Shown: positions 1 through 9,704 of the stretch, piece after piece | How the letters are laid out: every line of letters begins with the position of its first letter | How positions within the stretch are numbered: position 1 is the first letter of the stretch | Assembly (NCBI GenBank): GCA_938091905.1 | Contig: CALKOM010000071.1 | Location: 1 to 33,138, forward strand | Reading direction: 5' to 3' | From: an uncultured Verrucomicrobiales bacterium | Lineage (GTDB): Bacteria > Verrucomicrobiota > Verrucomicrobiia > Verrucomicrobiales > DEV007 | Length of the DNA: 33,138 nucleotides | Notes under the pieces: model-generated | What the model saw: only the letters and a program-made list of their open reading frames with translations | Databases searched by the model: none | Told to the model about the DNA's origin: nothing | Translations under genes and position numbers: made by a program

Positions 1-367
1 CTCCTCAAAGAACATGTTCACCGCATTCTGACGCTGCAACAATTGCTCAGCACTCGATAGCTTTCTACCATCTCTTTTCACATTACCTCGAACCCTAGGG
101 TTCAATAAAAGTTCATGTATTTGTTGGCCGCATTAATAACATCGTATCCGGCGAGGTTAGGGATAGTCTTTCTCCCAAGCACTAATGCATCCAATAAGGT
201 CAGGCTCAGAGGTTTGGAGCGAGGACGAGTAGTCTTAACTCAACGGTCCCAAAAGGGCACCATACTACTGACGCGGCATAGAGACCACGATACGATTTGC
301 CGGTTGCATCTTCTCCTTATCAGTCACCCCTATCAGACACCTTGAATACAATCCAGAATCGGGACTT

Positions 368-1597
368 CTAATAGGAGCGATCAGCCTCCCGATATTGAAG
401 CAACAATTCAAGAGGCGACGCCTTTGCTATAGACTCGCCTTCATTATGCAACAGCCACCGCGCGGCCTTGGTAACATCCGTATCAGGATAGAAATGATCC
501 CGTGCGTGATGCAGGTATTTCATGATGAGAAAGGCATTGAAGTAGCGGAAGAAGCGCGTTTCGAAACCGGCATATGACGTCACGTGAGAGCGAATCTCGG
601 CGATGCGCTCCTCAAACGAACGCGTGGCCAGAAAGCTAGACACGCTTTCTGGCAATCGATAAGTTTGCGAGTGATAGAACGCACTAATCTGATCGAAGAA
701 GCCCTTCAGATCTTGGAAGCTCTGCGGTGCGTAAGTTGTCTGCCCGGCATTTGATTCCAGCAACTTCTCGACCGCTTTGCCCGTGCCGAAAGGCACCCGA
801 TGGGAGGGGCGCGGCGACGGGATAACTCGCGTCGTGTTGATCTCGCGCACGCGGCCAAGCGGAGTGAACTTGTGTAAGAAATAAAAATCTTCGCCCGCTT
901 GGCGTTTGTTCATCCCACATTGTTCTTGATAGGCGTCACTGCGAACGGCCATAGACGAGCCGATCGTTTGCGTGGCAAAGGGAAAGCCAGCCCAGCGTTG
1001 AGCTTGGACAAAGACGCGCAGATGGAGTTCGTAGCCGATGATGGCCTCATAGAGTTCGCTAGAGAACTGCTCGCCCTCAAGCGGGTGCTCGAAGTAGATG
1101 CTGGCCCCTTGCATCTTGGGATGCTCGTCGAAGTGCTTCTCGATTTCCGTTAGGTAGTTCCGATCGCAAAGACTGTCACCATCGAAGCAAACGATGACAC
1201 CGGTGGGATTCCCAACAGCTTCCAATCGTAAGCACGCTTCGTCCATGCCAATCTTCCGAGCCAAGCCGACACCTGCGTGTTTCTTCGGTAAGTGAAATTG
1301 GGTGAGAATGTGAAAGCGAAGGTGTGAATTCGAGTGCGTGGCTGCCCAATCTTTGGCTTGACCAGCAATCTCCTTGTTGTGCTTATGGCAGTCTTCTCCG
1401 TCCCTCTCGCTGGTGTTCACCACCACGATCACCTCGGCAGGGAAGTGAGTTTGATTGCAATGAAGCAGCGCTTCGAGCGACTCGATCAGATTCTCCTCGT
1501 CCTTTGCCGGGATGACCACGACTGTGCGAAGACCCGAAGCAGGCACCCTATCGATGAGGGGGCCACGGAGCGTGTGTTCGCGCAGGTAACGGGTCAT
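368..1597 (-). CDS. Family 2 (GT-A fold) glycosyltransferase
   Basis: 409-aa ORF with N-terminal VVVIPAKDE strand, GVGLARKIG helix, DxD motif (CFDGDS) and GEDF motif typical of GT2. Confidence 0.85.
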   Translation of the reverse strand: MTRYLREHTLRGPLIDRVPASGLRTVVVIPAKDEENLIESLEALLHCNQTHFPAEVIVVVNTSERDGEDCHKHNKEIAGQAKDWAATHSNSHLRFHILTQFHLPKKHAGVGLARKIGMDEACLRLEAVGNPTGVIVCFDGDSLCDRNYLTEIEKHFDEHPKMQGASIYFEHPLEGEQFSSELYEAIIGYELHLRVFVQAQRWAGFPFATQTIGSSMAVRSDAYQEQCGMNKRQAGEDFYFLHKFTPLGRVREINTTRVIPSPRPSHRVPFGTGKAVEKLLESNAGQTTYAPQSFQDLKGFFDQISAFYHSQTYRLPESVSSFLATRSFEERIAEIRSHVTSYAGFETRFFRYFNAFLIMKYLHHARDHFYPDTDVTKAARWLLHNEGESIAKASPLELLLQYREADRSY

Positions 1598-1640
1598 TGT
1601 GCAAACGTAGCAGCATGCACCAATGCAATGAAACCCTTCA

Positions 1641-2048
1641 TCAGCGATCGATCGCGCCCCGCAAAGAAGGGCTCTCTGCTAGACATCGAGGAATTCCCCG
1701 GTGCCCAAGCGAAACCTCGGTTCCGGCAAACGGGCCGGAGGTGATCACGCCGTAAGGGGTTCGGATAATCCCACGTGTGGCGGTGTCCCAAGACCGGCTT
1801 CCCATTCGGCGAATACCCGTGCCCGGAGCCAAGGTTCCTATCCGAGTTCCCACCGTGGCCTTGGTGATTGGGTCTGAAGGTAGAAGAACGTGAGCGCGGC
1901 CAACTCGATAGATTTCTACAGACCGCGTCAGCGCTAACGGACTTGCGTTGGACGTCGGTCGCATGGGAACGGTGCCACACCCACTTAGGCTCATCAGAAG
2001 CCCTAGGAAGCCGGTGAGTAATCCCGATCTGTGGATCGCCGAAGTCAT
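1641..2048 (-). CDS. Hypothetical lipoprotein
   Basis: 135-aa ORF with hydrophobic N-region ending in lipobox LSG-C. ATG overlaps the upstream stop (TAATG, 2046-2050). Confidence 0.55.
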   Translation of the reverse strand: MTSAIHRSGLLTGFLGLLMSLSGCGTVPMRPTSNASPLALTRSVEIYRVGRAHVLLPSDPITKATVGTRIGTLAPGTGIRRMGSRSWDTATRGIIRTPYGVITSGPFAGTEVSLGHRGIPRCLAESPSLRGAIDR

Positions 2049-2756
2049 TAGTTAGAGTAACCCTGCTCAAGGCAGTGCATCATGATATTCACACCCTGAC
2101 TATGGCCAACCATGACATAATCGACCGAAGACCATGAGAGCCACTTCGAAACGAGCTTAGGACCGGTGGGTGCCTTGTGGCGGGAAGCTTGCCAAATCCG
2201 GCGCCGCCGCGTCTTGCTTGTTCGTCGCCAGCCCCGCCTCATTGTGGTCGGATTGGGACGCATAAATTCGCGGAAAGCATGCGCACGACTCAACAAGCTG
2301 CCCGAGATGTTGTGAATCACGTAGAGACAGGCCCGCCCTCTGGTGAACTTGTTCCAATAGTTGTAAGTGTCTGGCCGGAACAGCCCTTGGTTCGGCACCG
2401 CATCGTTAGGCGACCAATAGATGGAAACGTCAAGCCGCGGGTCCCGTGGTCGTCTTGGGGGCGACGAGCATGGCGAGAACGCGCTTTCCTTGGAACATAC
2501 CGGGAGCAATCGCAGGAAGACCACTGGCACCACTTGCAAAGTCACGCGCTTCTTGATCCAGCTTGGCTTCCGATTGAAACCCAAGCACCTGCTGTGGCCC
2601 TGCGTAATAGCGGCCAGTGCCCAGCGCACTTACATAATGTCGATCCGGATTGCTCTGAACGCCTCTTGCAGCAAGCGTTTCCGAAACATAATCGACCAGT
2701 TGGCCTCGCGATTCGTCGTAACTGTTGATCCCTGAAAAAGTCCAATACGGTGGCAT
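2048..2756 (-). pseudogene. Frameshifted gene encoding a GHSQG (alpha/beta-hydrolase nucleophile elbow) protein, about 235 aa if repaired
   Basis: ATG at 2756 has AAGGGGGA just upstream. Frame 1 (MPPYWTFSG...AMLVAP) joins frame 2 (RRPRDPRLDVSIYW...YVMVGHSQGVNIM...) if one C is removed from the C5 run at 2457-2461. The stop is coupled to the next gene. Confidence 0.5.
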
Positions 2757-2869
2757 TGTTTCCCCCTTGGCTATCCGATAATGCACTTTAGAGGCATCTC
2801 GAGTCAATAGTGAACCAAAGAGCAGGGCTGGTCTGTTGTTATGCCTGGAGAATGAGGCCTGCACAGCAA

Positions 2870-2901
2870 GAAGCCACACCCCAACACCGGGATGCGGCTT
2901 C
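2870..2901 (-). terminator. Hairpin downstream of the pilT pair, probable intrinsic terminator
   Basis: Minus strand GAAGCCGCATCCC-ggtgtt-GGGGTGTGGCTTC: 13-bp stem with two G-U pairs, 25 nt after the pilT stop. U-tract is weak. Confidence 0.55.
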
Positions 2902-2926
2902 GATTTGAATGAGTGTTATGCTCTCG

Positions 2927-4024
2927 CTAGAGCTCTGCTCCAGAGGCATTTCCGAGAGCAGAGTCTTCGGGCTCAAGAAGATCCTTGAAGCGATTTTTAT
3001 CGATCGCTTTCATGTAGGCTTCCTTGGCACTGATCATGCCAGCTTGCAGTTTCTCGTTGATGGCTTCGTCCATGAAGATCATGCCGCGCCCCTTACCACC
3101 GGTAATGACGTCATAGAGCTTCTGGGTGGCACCCTCACGAATAATGGCACCGACGGCTGGTGTGGAGACGAGAATCTCATTCACGGCACAACGACCACCG
3201 TTATCGCAGCGCTTACAGAGAAGCTGGGCCACAACGCCCTGCAAAGAGGCAGCAAGCATGGTGCGAACCTGGGATTGCTGATCAGAAGGGAACACGTCAA
3301 TGATCCGATCAACTGTCTTACGAGCGTTGTTCGTGTGCAGTGTTCCAAACACTAACAAACCCGTCTCAGCAGCTGTGAGCGCCAAGGAGATCGTCTCCAA
3401 GTCACGCATCTCACCCACAAGCACAATGTCCGCATCCTCACGCAAGGTGGCACGCAGACCGTCCGCGAACGTGGGTGTTTGGATAGGCACCTCGCGCTGA
3501 GTAATGATCGACTTCTTGTTCGAGTGCACAAACTCGATGGGCTCCTCAACCGTAATAATATGGCGGGAGAAGTTCGAGTTCACGTAATCGATTAGCGCTG
3601 CCAGGGTGGTCGATTTGCCAGAACCGGTCGGACCAGTCACGAGGACAAGACCGCTGCGGAGGTGACCAAACTCTTTGACGACGGAAGGAATGCCTAACTG
3701 CTCCAAGGTGGCGATCTTCGTCGGGATGAGTCGGAAGACTGCTGCGATGCCATGACTCTGCTTCAGGTAATTGCAACGAAAACGGGATTCTTCGTCCATC
3801 TCGTAAGCAAAGTCGAGATCTCCGCGCTTCATGAATTTCTCCCAAGCGGCTGGCTCACAGATCTCCGTGAGCATGGGAACGATAATATCTTCAGTGAGAA
3901 TATCCTCAGAAATGGGGACAATGTTACCATGAAGGCGCAGCTTGGGCGGCGAGCCTTGGCTGAGGTGGAGGTCGGATGCGCCCTGGTCGACGAGCATCTG
4001 GAACAATTGATCAATATCGGCCAT
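2927..4024 (-). CDS. pilT: Type IV pilus retraction ATPase, PilT/PilU family (copy 2)
   Basis: ASDLHL, Walker A GPTGSGKSTT, Asp box TVEEPIE, Walker B IVLVGEMRD, GTLHT, AVGAIIREG. Confidence 0.92.
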   Translation of the reverse strand: MADIDQLFQMLVDQGASDLHLSQGSPPKLRLHGNIVPISEDILTEDIIVPMLTEICEPAAWEKFMKRGDLDFAYEMDEESRFRCNYLKQSHGIAAVFRLIPTKIATLEQLGIPSVVKEFGHLRSGLVLVTGPTGSGKSTTLAALIDYVNSNFSRHIITVEEPIEFVHSNKKSIITQREVPIQTPTFADGLRATLREDADIVLVGEMRDLETISLALTAAETGLLVFGTLHTNNARKTVDRIIDVFPSDQQSQVRTMLAASLQGVVAQLLCKRCDNGGRCAVNEILVSTPAVGAIIREGATQKLYDVITGGKGRGMIFMDEAINEKLQAGMISAKEAYMKAIDKNRFKDLLEPEDSALGNASGAEL

Positions 4025-4094
4025 GAAATTAGTGTCGTTGCTAGCTAACTAGTGAAAGTGCTTGATTGGAATGATAGGGTGGCAGGCGCGTTGA

Positions 4095-5177
4095 TTAGGC
4101 TTCAAAGTGCGCTTTCATGTTGGCCTGGTCATTAGCCCGGCTCATGCACTCATCTTGTGAGATAAGTCCCTGGTTGTAGAGATTCTTGAGCGAATCGTCC
4201 ATGGTGATCATGCCGACGTTTCTACCGGTCTGCATGATCCCGCCGAGCATGTAGGTCTTGCCTTCGCGAATACAGTTGGAAACAGCTGGGGTGTTCACGA
4301 GATATTCCAGTGCGAGCACTCGGCCTTCTCCATCGAGACGAGGCACGAGGTTCTGACTGACGATGCCACGGAGAGACTCACTGACCATGATCCGGATCTG
4401 ATCCCGTTGATCCACGGGGAACACATCGAGCACCCGATCCAAGGTCCGTGGGGCGTTTCCGGTATGAAGCGTCCCCAAGACCAAGTGACCCGTTTCCGAG
4501 GCGGTGATGGCAAGCTGGATAGTTTCCAGATCGCGCATTTCCCCCACCATGATGATATCAGGATCTTCTCGCAGGGCTCCGCGCAAGGCGGCTGCGAATG
4601 AAGCGGTGTGCGTGTGCACCTCGCGCTGATTCACGTGACAACTGCGCGATTCGAAAAGGTACTCAATCGGATCTTCCAGCGTGATGATATGGTCCTGGCG
4701 AGAAGCATTCACCTGGTCGACCATCGCCGCCAAGGTAGTGGACTTTCCAGATCCCACCGGCCCAGTCACCAGAACGAGCCCGTTATGATACTGCGTGAGC
4801 GGCTTTAGCGACTCCGGCAAATCGAGCTGGTCCATGGACCGGACTTCCGTGTTGATAATCCGAAAAGCCATGTCGAGACCGAGTCGATGACGCACGACGC
4901 TGGCTCTAAAACGGCCTAGTTCACATGCGTATGCGAAGTCGACATCGCCAATCTTATCGAGGCGAGCGAGCTCTTTTTCTCCGAGGAAGCTCCTCACAAG
5001 ACGGTCCGTGTCGGCAGCTGTCAGCGACTCGGCATCCTCCCAGATAGGGGTGAGATGGCCATGGCGGCGCCAGTGAGGCTGACTGTTAACGGCTAGGTGA
5101 AGGTCGGAGGCTTCGTAATCCTGGCCAACTTTTAGGTAGCTATCGACGTGTTCGAGGGTCTTGACGGTTTCAGACAT
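4095..5177 (-). CDS. pilT: Type IV pilus retraction ATPase, PilT/PilU family (copy 1)
   Basis: ASDLHL, Walker A GPVGSGKSTT, TLEDPIE, ALREDPDIIMVGEMRD, His box GHLVLGTLHT. Confidence 0.92.
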   Translation of the reverse strand: MSETVKTLEHVDSYLKVGQDYEASDLHLAVNSQPHWRRHGHLTPIWEDAESLTAADTDRLVRSFLGEKELARLDKIGDVDFAYACELGRFRASVVRHRLGLDMAFRIINTEVRSMDQLDLPESLKPLTQYHNGLVLVTGPVGSGKSTTLAAMVDQVNASRQDHIITLEDPIEYLFESRSCHVNQREVHTHTASFAAALRGALREDPDIIMVGEMRDLETIQLAITASETGHLVLGTLHTGNAPRTLDRVLDVFPVDQRDQIRIMVSESLRGIVSQNLVPRLDGEGRVLALEYLVNTPAVSNCIREGKTYMLGGIMQTGRNVGMITMDDSLKNLYNQGLISQDECMSRANDQANMKAHFEA

Positions 5178-5574
5178 GAGATGATGGAGGCTTAGAAGCG
5201 CTAGGGATCCGGTCCTTTACCACGCTGGTGAGCAGAGGTTCAAATGCTAAAAGTAACCTTTTCAAAAGCTGCCCCTTCGCCATCTGCACTAACGTGGATC
5301 TAGAGCGAGGATAGGTAGTTTTTTCAACCCTTGAAAGCTCTTTCTTTCGAGAGATGAGGCGAGTAGTGAAAAACCCGAGCACCAGGAGGCCCAAGCCCCA
5401 GGCAGAAGGGCGGCTACGGAAGGACCTGGTGAGCTGCCCTTTCACACTGAGCTTGTTCGAGAGATCGTCTCCAAACTCGCGCGCATCCCGGCTTAGTTGC
5501 CAGCGGGCGCTATCGAGCTGTGCAATGAGCTCGAGCTTGCTTACCACCACGGTTTCGTCGGATTGGAGAGCCAT
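5170..5574 (-). CDS. Small membrane protein, positional YqjK-like third member of a DUF883 operon
   Basis: 134 aa with helical N-terminus (KLELIAQLDSARWQL), one hydrophobic segment and a basic tail. Overlaps both neighbours. Confidence 0.6.
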   Translation of the reverse strand: MALQSDETVVVSKLELIAQLDSARWQLSRDAREFGDDLSNKLSVKGQLTRSFRSRPSAWGLGLLVLGFFTTRLISRKKELSRVEKTTYPRSRSTLVQMAKGQLLKRLLLAFEPLLTSVVKDRIPSASKPPSSHV

Positions 5575-5954
5575 TCGCGGTCTTTGGCTAATTCGTTGAT
5601 GGATTCTTTAAACAGCGGTTCCTCTGGGGGGCGTTTAGCAAGCCGCAGACAGAGGTAACCGATGACGAGGTGGCCAGGAGCAAGGAGTAGGCAGACGAAC
5701 CACCATGGCACCCGCGTAAAGTGATCGATAACAATGATGGCACCAGCGAGAAGGAGAGCATAACCGAAGACAAGGAAGACAAAGGCCACGAGGGCCAAGA
5801 TCGTGCGCTTAGAGAAGTATTCAAAGGCTTCCTGAAACTCCAGGCCAAAGAGCAAATGCCTTGCTTGGACATAGAGAACCAGGCTCCGAAGGACCTTTTG
5901 AAACCGGTTCTGAAGAGCGCCGTCGTTCTGATAATCGTCGGATGAGGGCTGCAC
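5541..5954 (-). CDS. Phage-holin-family / YqjE-like two-TM membrane protein
   Basis: GTG start. R-x-x-L-x-x-L-E motif (ARHLLFGLEFQE), two TM helices and C-terminal F-x-x-S-x-x-EL-x-KDREWL typical of YqjE-like proteins. Directly follows the DUF883 gene. Confidence 0.75.
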   Translation of the reverse strand: MQPSSDDYQNDGALQNRFQKVLRSLVLYVQARHLLFGLEFQEAFEYFSKRTILALVAFVFLVFGYALLLAGAIIVIDHFTRVPWWFVCLLLAPGHLVIGYLCLRLAKRPPEEPLFKESINELAKDREWLSNPTKPWW

Positions 5955-5962
5955 ACGCGGGA

Positions 5963-6292
5963 CTAGCGACGAAAGAGGAGACCAAGCACGAAGCCAACTC
6001 CGAGGGCCGTGGCGACCGATTTCCCAGGATTCTCGCGCACATAGACTTCACCTTCCTGCATAAGGTCCTGCACCTTGACCTTGGCTTCTTCCCAACCCGT
6101 CTCGGCAGCTTGGCGAAGTTGATCGGCACGTTCAGACGCACCTTCGGTGACCTGCCCAGTTTTGCGTTCCACAGCCTCGCCAAATTGGCTAGCCCTAGAC
6201 GCGGCAGCAGAGCGCAACTCCTCGGCTGTCTGCACCGCTTGCGATTTCAGATCGACTCCGTTTTCTGGGTCTACTACGTACGATTCACTCAT
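5963..6292 (-). CDS. DUF883 family (ElaB/YqjD-like) tail-anchored protein
   Basis: 109 aa, acidic/Ala-rich helical body, C-terminal YVRENPGKSVATALGVGFVLGLLFRR anchor. Confidence 0.85.
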   Translation of the reverse strand: MSESYVVDPENGVDLKSQAVQTAEELRSAAASRASQFGEAVERKTGQVTEGASERADQLRQAAETGWEEAKVKVQDLMQEGEVYVRENPGKSVATALGVGFVLGLLFRR

Positions 6293-6424
6293 GATTCTGA
6301 TCCTTTACAGGAAGGTTCACGGCATTGCAGCCTTCTTAGCCACACCGATGGTTACCATGATGACGCAAGTTTCTCACGAAATCAACCTTGCTGGTATCGT
6401 GGCTGCAATCCACGAAAGCGCCGG

Positions 6425-6456
6425 TTGACTGGCTTCCTCGCTACTGCTAAGTAGCG
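6425..6456 (+). promoter_or_regulatory. Candidate gap promoter -35 (TTGACT) with a palindrome over the -10 position
   Basis: TTGACT at 6425-6430 and CGCTACT-gcta-AGTAGCG at 6439-6456, in the divergent DUF883/gap intergenic region. Confidence 0.3.
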
Positions 6457-6536
6457 CCGAATTCGCTGAAGAAAGGCATCAGTTTGCCGCGTAAGCGTCT
6501 TCGTTTCTTCAACGCACTGACATACTACAAGACACA

Positions 6537-7541
6537 ATGGCAACCTTCGCAATCAACGGATTTGGCCGGATCGGCCGCATGGTACTGCGGGCAATGGACC
6601 CGGAAACTCTCAAGCAAGTCGTCGCAATCAACGACCTGACGGACAATAAGACGCTTGCACACCTACTCAAGTGGGACTCCGTCGCCGGCAAATATGATGG
6701 CGACGTAAGTTACGATGATGAGTCTATCACAGTGAACGGCCACAAGATCAAAGCCTATGCAGAGCGGGACCCTGCCGCTCTTCCTTGGGGTGATCTCGGT
6801 GTCGACGTCGTTCTTGAGTCGACAGGTTTCTTTGCCAGCCGCGACGGTGCCAACAAGCACCTCTCCGCAGGAGCAAAGAAAGTCGTTATTTCTGCGCCAG
6901 CTAAAGACCCTGACATCACCATGTGTCTTGGCATCAACGATCGTGACTATGATCCTGCGAATCACCACATCGTCTCCAACGCAAGCTGCACAACGAACTG
7001 CCTGGCTCCTATGGTCAAAGTTCTTCATGACAGCTTTGGTGTTGAAGGTGGTGTCATGAGCACGATCCACTCCTACACAGGCGACCAGCGCCTCCTCGAT
7101 GCGCCTCACAGCGACCTGCGCCGCGCGCGTTCTGCGGCTGTGAACATTGTGCCTTCTTCCACAGGTGCGGCTCGGGCTATCGCTGAAGTCATTCCCGCCA
7201 TGAAGGGGAAGTTGAACGGCGGTGCATTCCGCGTCCCAACGCCTAACGGTTCCGTTACCGATTTCACTGCAGTCCTTTCCAAGTCTGCGAGCAGCGAAGA
7301 AGTGAACGCTGCTCTCAAGGCTGCCGCAGACGGTCCTCTCAAGGGGGTTCTCGAATACAGTGAAGAGCCTCTCGTGCTCCAAGACATCGTTGGAAACCCT
7401 CACTCCTGTATTCTTGATGGGCTCTCCACAATGGGCGTAATGGAAGGCAAGATGGTGAAAGTGGTCGGCTGGTATGACAACGAAGTGGGCTACAGCAACC
7501 GCGCTGTGGATATGATGAATAAGCTCGGCGCGTCCGTCTAA
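6537..7541 (+). CDS. gap: Type I glyceraldehyde-3-phosphate dehydrogenase
   Basis: INGFGRIGR, catalytic [17 protein letters not shown]. Confidence 0.98.
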   Translation: MATFAINGFGRIGRMVLRAMDPETLKQVVAINDLTDNKTLAHLLKWDSVAGKYDGDVSYDDESITVNGHKIKAYAERDPAALPWGDLGVDVVLESTGFFASRDGANKHLSAGAKKVVISAPAKDPDITMCLGINDRDYDPANHHIVSNASCTTNCLAPMVKVLHDSFGVEGGVMSTIHSYTGDQRLLDAPHSDLRRARSAAVNIVPSSTGAARAIAEVIPAMKGKLNGGAFRVPTPNGSVTDFTAVLSKSASSEEVNAALKAAADGPLKGVLEYSEEPLVLQDIVGNPHSCILDGLSTMGVMEGKMVKVVGWYDNEVGYSNRAVDMMNKLGASV

Positions 7542-7560
7542 GACCTCGTTTAACTCCTCA

Positions 7561-8760
7561 ATGCCGAAACTCAGTTTCCGCGACCTCAAGCCGAAAGGGA
7601 AGCGCGTCTTCGTTCGGGTGGATTATAATGTGCCGTTGAAAAACGGCGAGATTACGGATGACACACGCATCCGTGCCAGCCTGCCCACGATTCAGGATCT
7701 TCTGAGTCGCGGGGCGAGGCTGGTGCTCGCCTCCCATCTCGGTCGCCCCAAAGGCGAGAAGAAGCCTGAATTCTCTCTCGCTCCCGTGGCCAAGCGACTC
7801 GGAGAACTGATCGAAGCCAAGGTAAATTTCGTCGGCGAAACTGTGGGACCAGAAGTCAAGAAGGCCGCCAACGATCTCGGCGAAGGTGAAATTCTTCTTC
7901 TCGAGAACGTCCGTTTCTTCCCTGGCGAAACGAGCAATGATCCCAACTTTGCCAAACAATTGGCTGCTCTGGCAGATGTCTTTGTGAATGACGCCTTCGG
8001 AACCGCGCACCGCGCTCATGCCTCGACCGCGGGCATCGCTGAGCACGTCGAAAAAGCGGCCATGGGTTCGCTCGTGGAAAAGGAACTGAAGTATCTTCAA
8101 GGTGAACTCGAAAAACCTTCTCGTCCGTTCGTCGTCATCCTTGGCGGCAAAAAAGTCAGTGACAAGATCGGCGTTATCAACGCTTTGTTAGACAAGGCGG
8201 ATACCATTCTTATCGGAGGTGCCATGCAGTATGCTTTCCGCAAAGCGCAAGGGCATGCTATTGGCACAAGCTATGCGGTCGATGAAGACATCCCTATCGC
8301 CAAGGATATCCTCGCCCAAGCCGAAGCCAGAGGCACCAACCTCTTGCTCCCGGCAGATTCGTTGGAAGCAGATGATTTCTCCAATGAAGCGAACACCCAC
8401 AGCATCACGCCTTACGCTGATGGGGGTGGCATTCGTGACGGCTGGGAAGGTCTTGATATCGGCAACCACGCCATCGATGAATTCTCCGCGATCTTAAAAG
8501 ACGCCAAGACTGTGATTTGGAATGGGCCCATGGGCGTGTTTGAAATCGACGCTTTCGCCAAAGGCACCAAAGCGATCTGTGAGGTGCTCGCCAACAACAC
8601 CGCCGCCACCACGATCATCGGCGGCGGCGACTCCGTCACTGCGGTAAACAAATTCGGCCTCGGTGACAAGATGACCTTCATGAGTACTGGCGGCGGTGCC
8701 TCACTCGAACTTCTCGAAGGCAAGACGCTCCCAGGCGTCGCCGCTCTCTCGGAGGCCTAG
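7561..8760 (+). CDS. pgk: Phosphoglycerate kinase
   Basis: VRVDYNVP, SHLGRP, LLENVRF, NDAFGTAHRAHAS, WNGPMGVFE, STGGGASLE. Confidence 0.98.
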   Translation: MPKLSFRDLKPKGKRVFVRVDYNVPLKNGEITDDTRIRASLPTIQDLLSRGARLVLASHLGRPKGEKKPEFSLAPVAKRLGELIEAKVNFVGETVGPEVKKAANDLGEGEILLLENVRFFPGETSNDPNFAKQLAALADVFVNDAFGTAHRAHASTAGIAEHVEKAAMGSLVEKELKYLQGELEKPSRPFVVILGGKKVSDKIGVINALLDKADTILIGGAMQYAFRKAQGHAIGTSYAVDEDIPIAKDILAQAEARGTNLLLPADSLEADDFSNEANTHSITPYADGGGIRDGWEGLDIGNHAIDEFSAILKDAKTVIWNGPMGVFEIDAFAKGTKAICEVLANNTAATTIIGGGDSVTAVNKFGLGDKMTFMSTGGGASLELLEGKTLPGVAALSEA

Positions 8761-8813
8761 CCCTCTGTCCCAACTATCACTTCTCATTCTGACGACCTAT
8801 TAGTCACTTTCCC

Positions 8814-9599
8814 ATGAAACGTAAACCAATCATCGCGGCCAACTGGAAGATGCATATGACGCCGCAAGAGACGGATGAATTCCTCCGCTCATTTAACCGC
8901 TTGTTAGGTTCTCGCGACGTCGTTGATGTCGTCATTGCACCGCCTTTCGTATCCTTAGCAGCAGCAGCCGACGCCACGCGCCCCTCAGAGAATATTGCGA
9001 TCGCCGCTCAAAACATGTCTCCTGAGCCTGCCGGGGCATTCACAGGGGAAATCAGTGCTCGCATGATCAAAGAGCTCGACTGCGATTACGTCATCCTCGG
9101 CCACAGCGAGCGACGAACGCTCTTCGGCGAGACAGACGACTACATTCAACGCAAAGTCTCGGCAGCTCTCGATGCGCGCATCAAGCCCATCCTCTGCGTT
9201 GGCGAAACTTTAGAAGAGCGTGACGCCAACAAATTGGAAGAGGTTCTCGAGCGCCAGCTCAGAGCAGGCATGAAGGACGTCAATCGCTCCCGCGCAGACG
9301 ACCTTGTCATCGCTTACGAACCCGTCTGGGCCATTGGCACCGGACGTACTGCTTCGGCTGAGCAAGCTCAAGAAGCCCACGCCTTCATTCGCAAGGTCCT
9401 CACGGAACTCTATGATGCCGAAGTCGCTGGCCAGATCTGCATCCAATATGGTGGCAGCGTCAAGCCAGCCAACATCGCAGAACTGATCTCGCAGGAAGAC
9501 GTAGACGGTGCTCTCGTTGGTGGCGCCAGCTTGGAAGTGGATAGCTTCTTCGGGATCATCAAAGGAGCCGAAGAGCATGTGCGTGATACTACTGCCTAA
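8814..9599 (+). CDS. tpiA: Triosephosphate isomerase
   Basis: ANWKM, GAFTGEIS, GHSERR, AYEPVWAIGTG, YGGSV, LVGGASL. Confidence 0.98.
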   Translation: MKRKPIIAANWKMHMTPQETDEFLRSFNRLLGSRDVVDVVIAPPFVSLAAAADATRPSENIAIAAQNMSPEPAGAFTGEISARMIKELDCDYVILGHSERRTLFGETDDYIQRKVSAALDARIKPILCVGETLEERDANKLEEVLERQLRAGMKDVNRSRADDLVIAYEPVWAIGTGRTASAEQAQEAHAFIRKVLTELYDAEVAGQICIQYGGSVKPANIAELISQEDVDGALVGGASLEVDSFFGIIKGAEEHVRDTTA

Positions 9600-9628
9600 C
9601 AAAGACTTCCAATAAACTAATTTATTAC

Positions 9629-9670
9629 GCAGAGAGGGAAGTCGGAAACGGCTTCCCTCTCTGCTATTAA
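9629..9670 (+). terminator. Intrinsic terminator of gap-pgk-tpiA
   Basis: GCAGAGAGGGAAGTCG-GAAA-CGGCTTCCCTCTCTGC: 16-bp stem with GNRA loop, AT-rich flanks, about 30 nt after the tpiA stop. Confidence 0.75.
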
Positions 9671-9704
9671 ACCCATCCCACCTACCCCAGAAACCGAATA
9701 CTTC

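Noticed and set aside
1..240. Minus-strand open stretches (about 239-103 and 132-1) that could be a gene start or remnant running off the left edge
   Set aside because: No clear start codon or recognisable motif, and truncated by the window.
1594..2070. Alternative 158-aa minus-strand ORF whose stop overlaps the GT2 start
   Set aside because: Arg/Ser/His-rich with no motif. The overlapping 135-aa frame has a lipobox and coupling to the upstream gene.
2757..2879. Longer N-terminus for the frameshifted gene from GTG 2879
   Set aside because: That start lies inside the terminator-like hairpin, and ATG 2756 has a purine-rich RBS.
5541..5954. Holin as evidence of a prophage
   Set aside because: The context is the DUF883/YqjE-type cellular operon, with no endolysin, structural or integrase genes.
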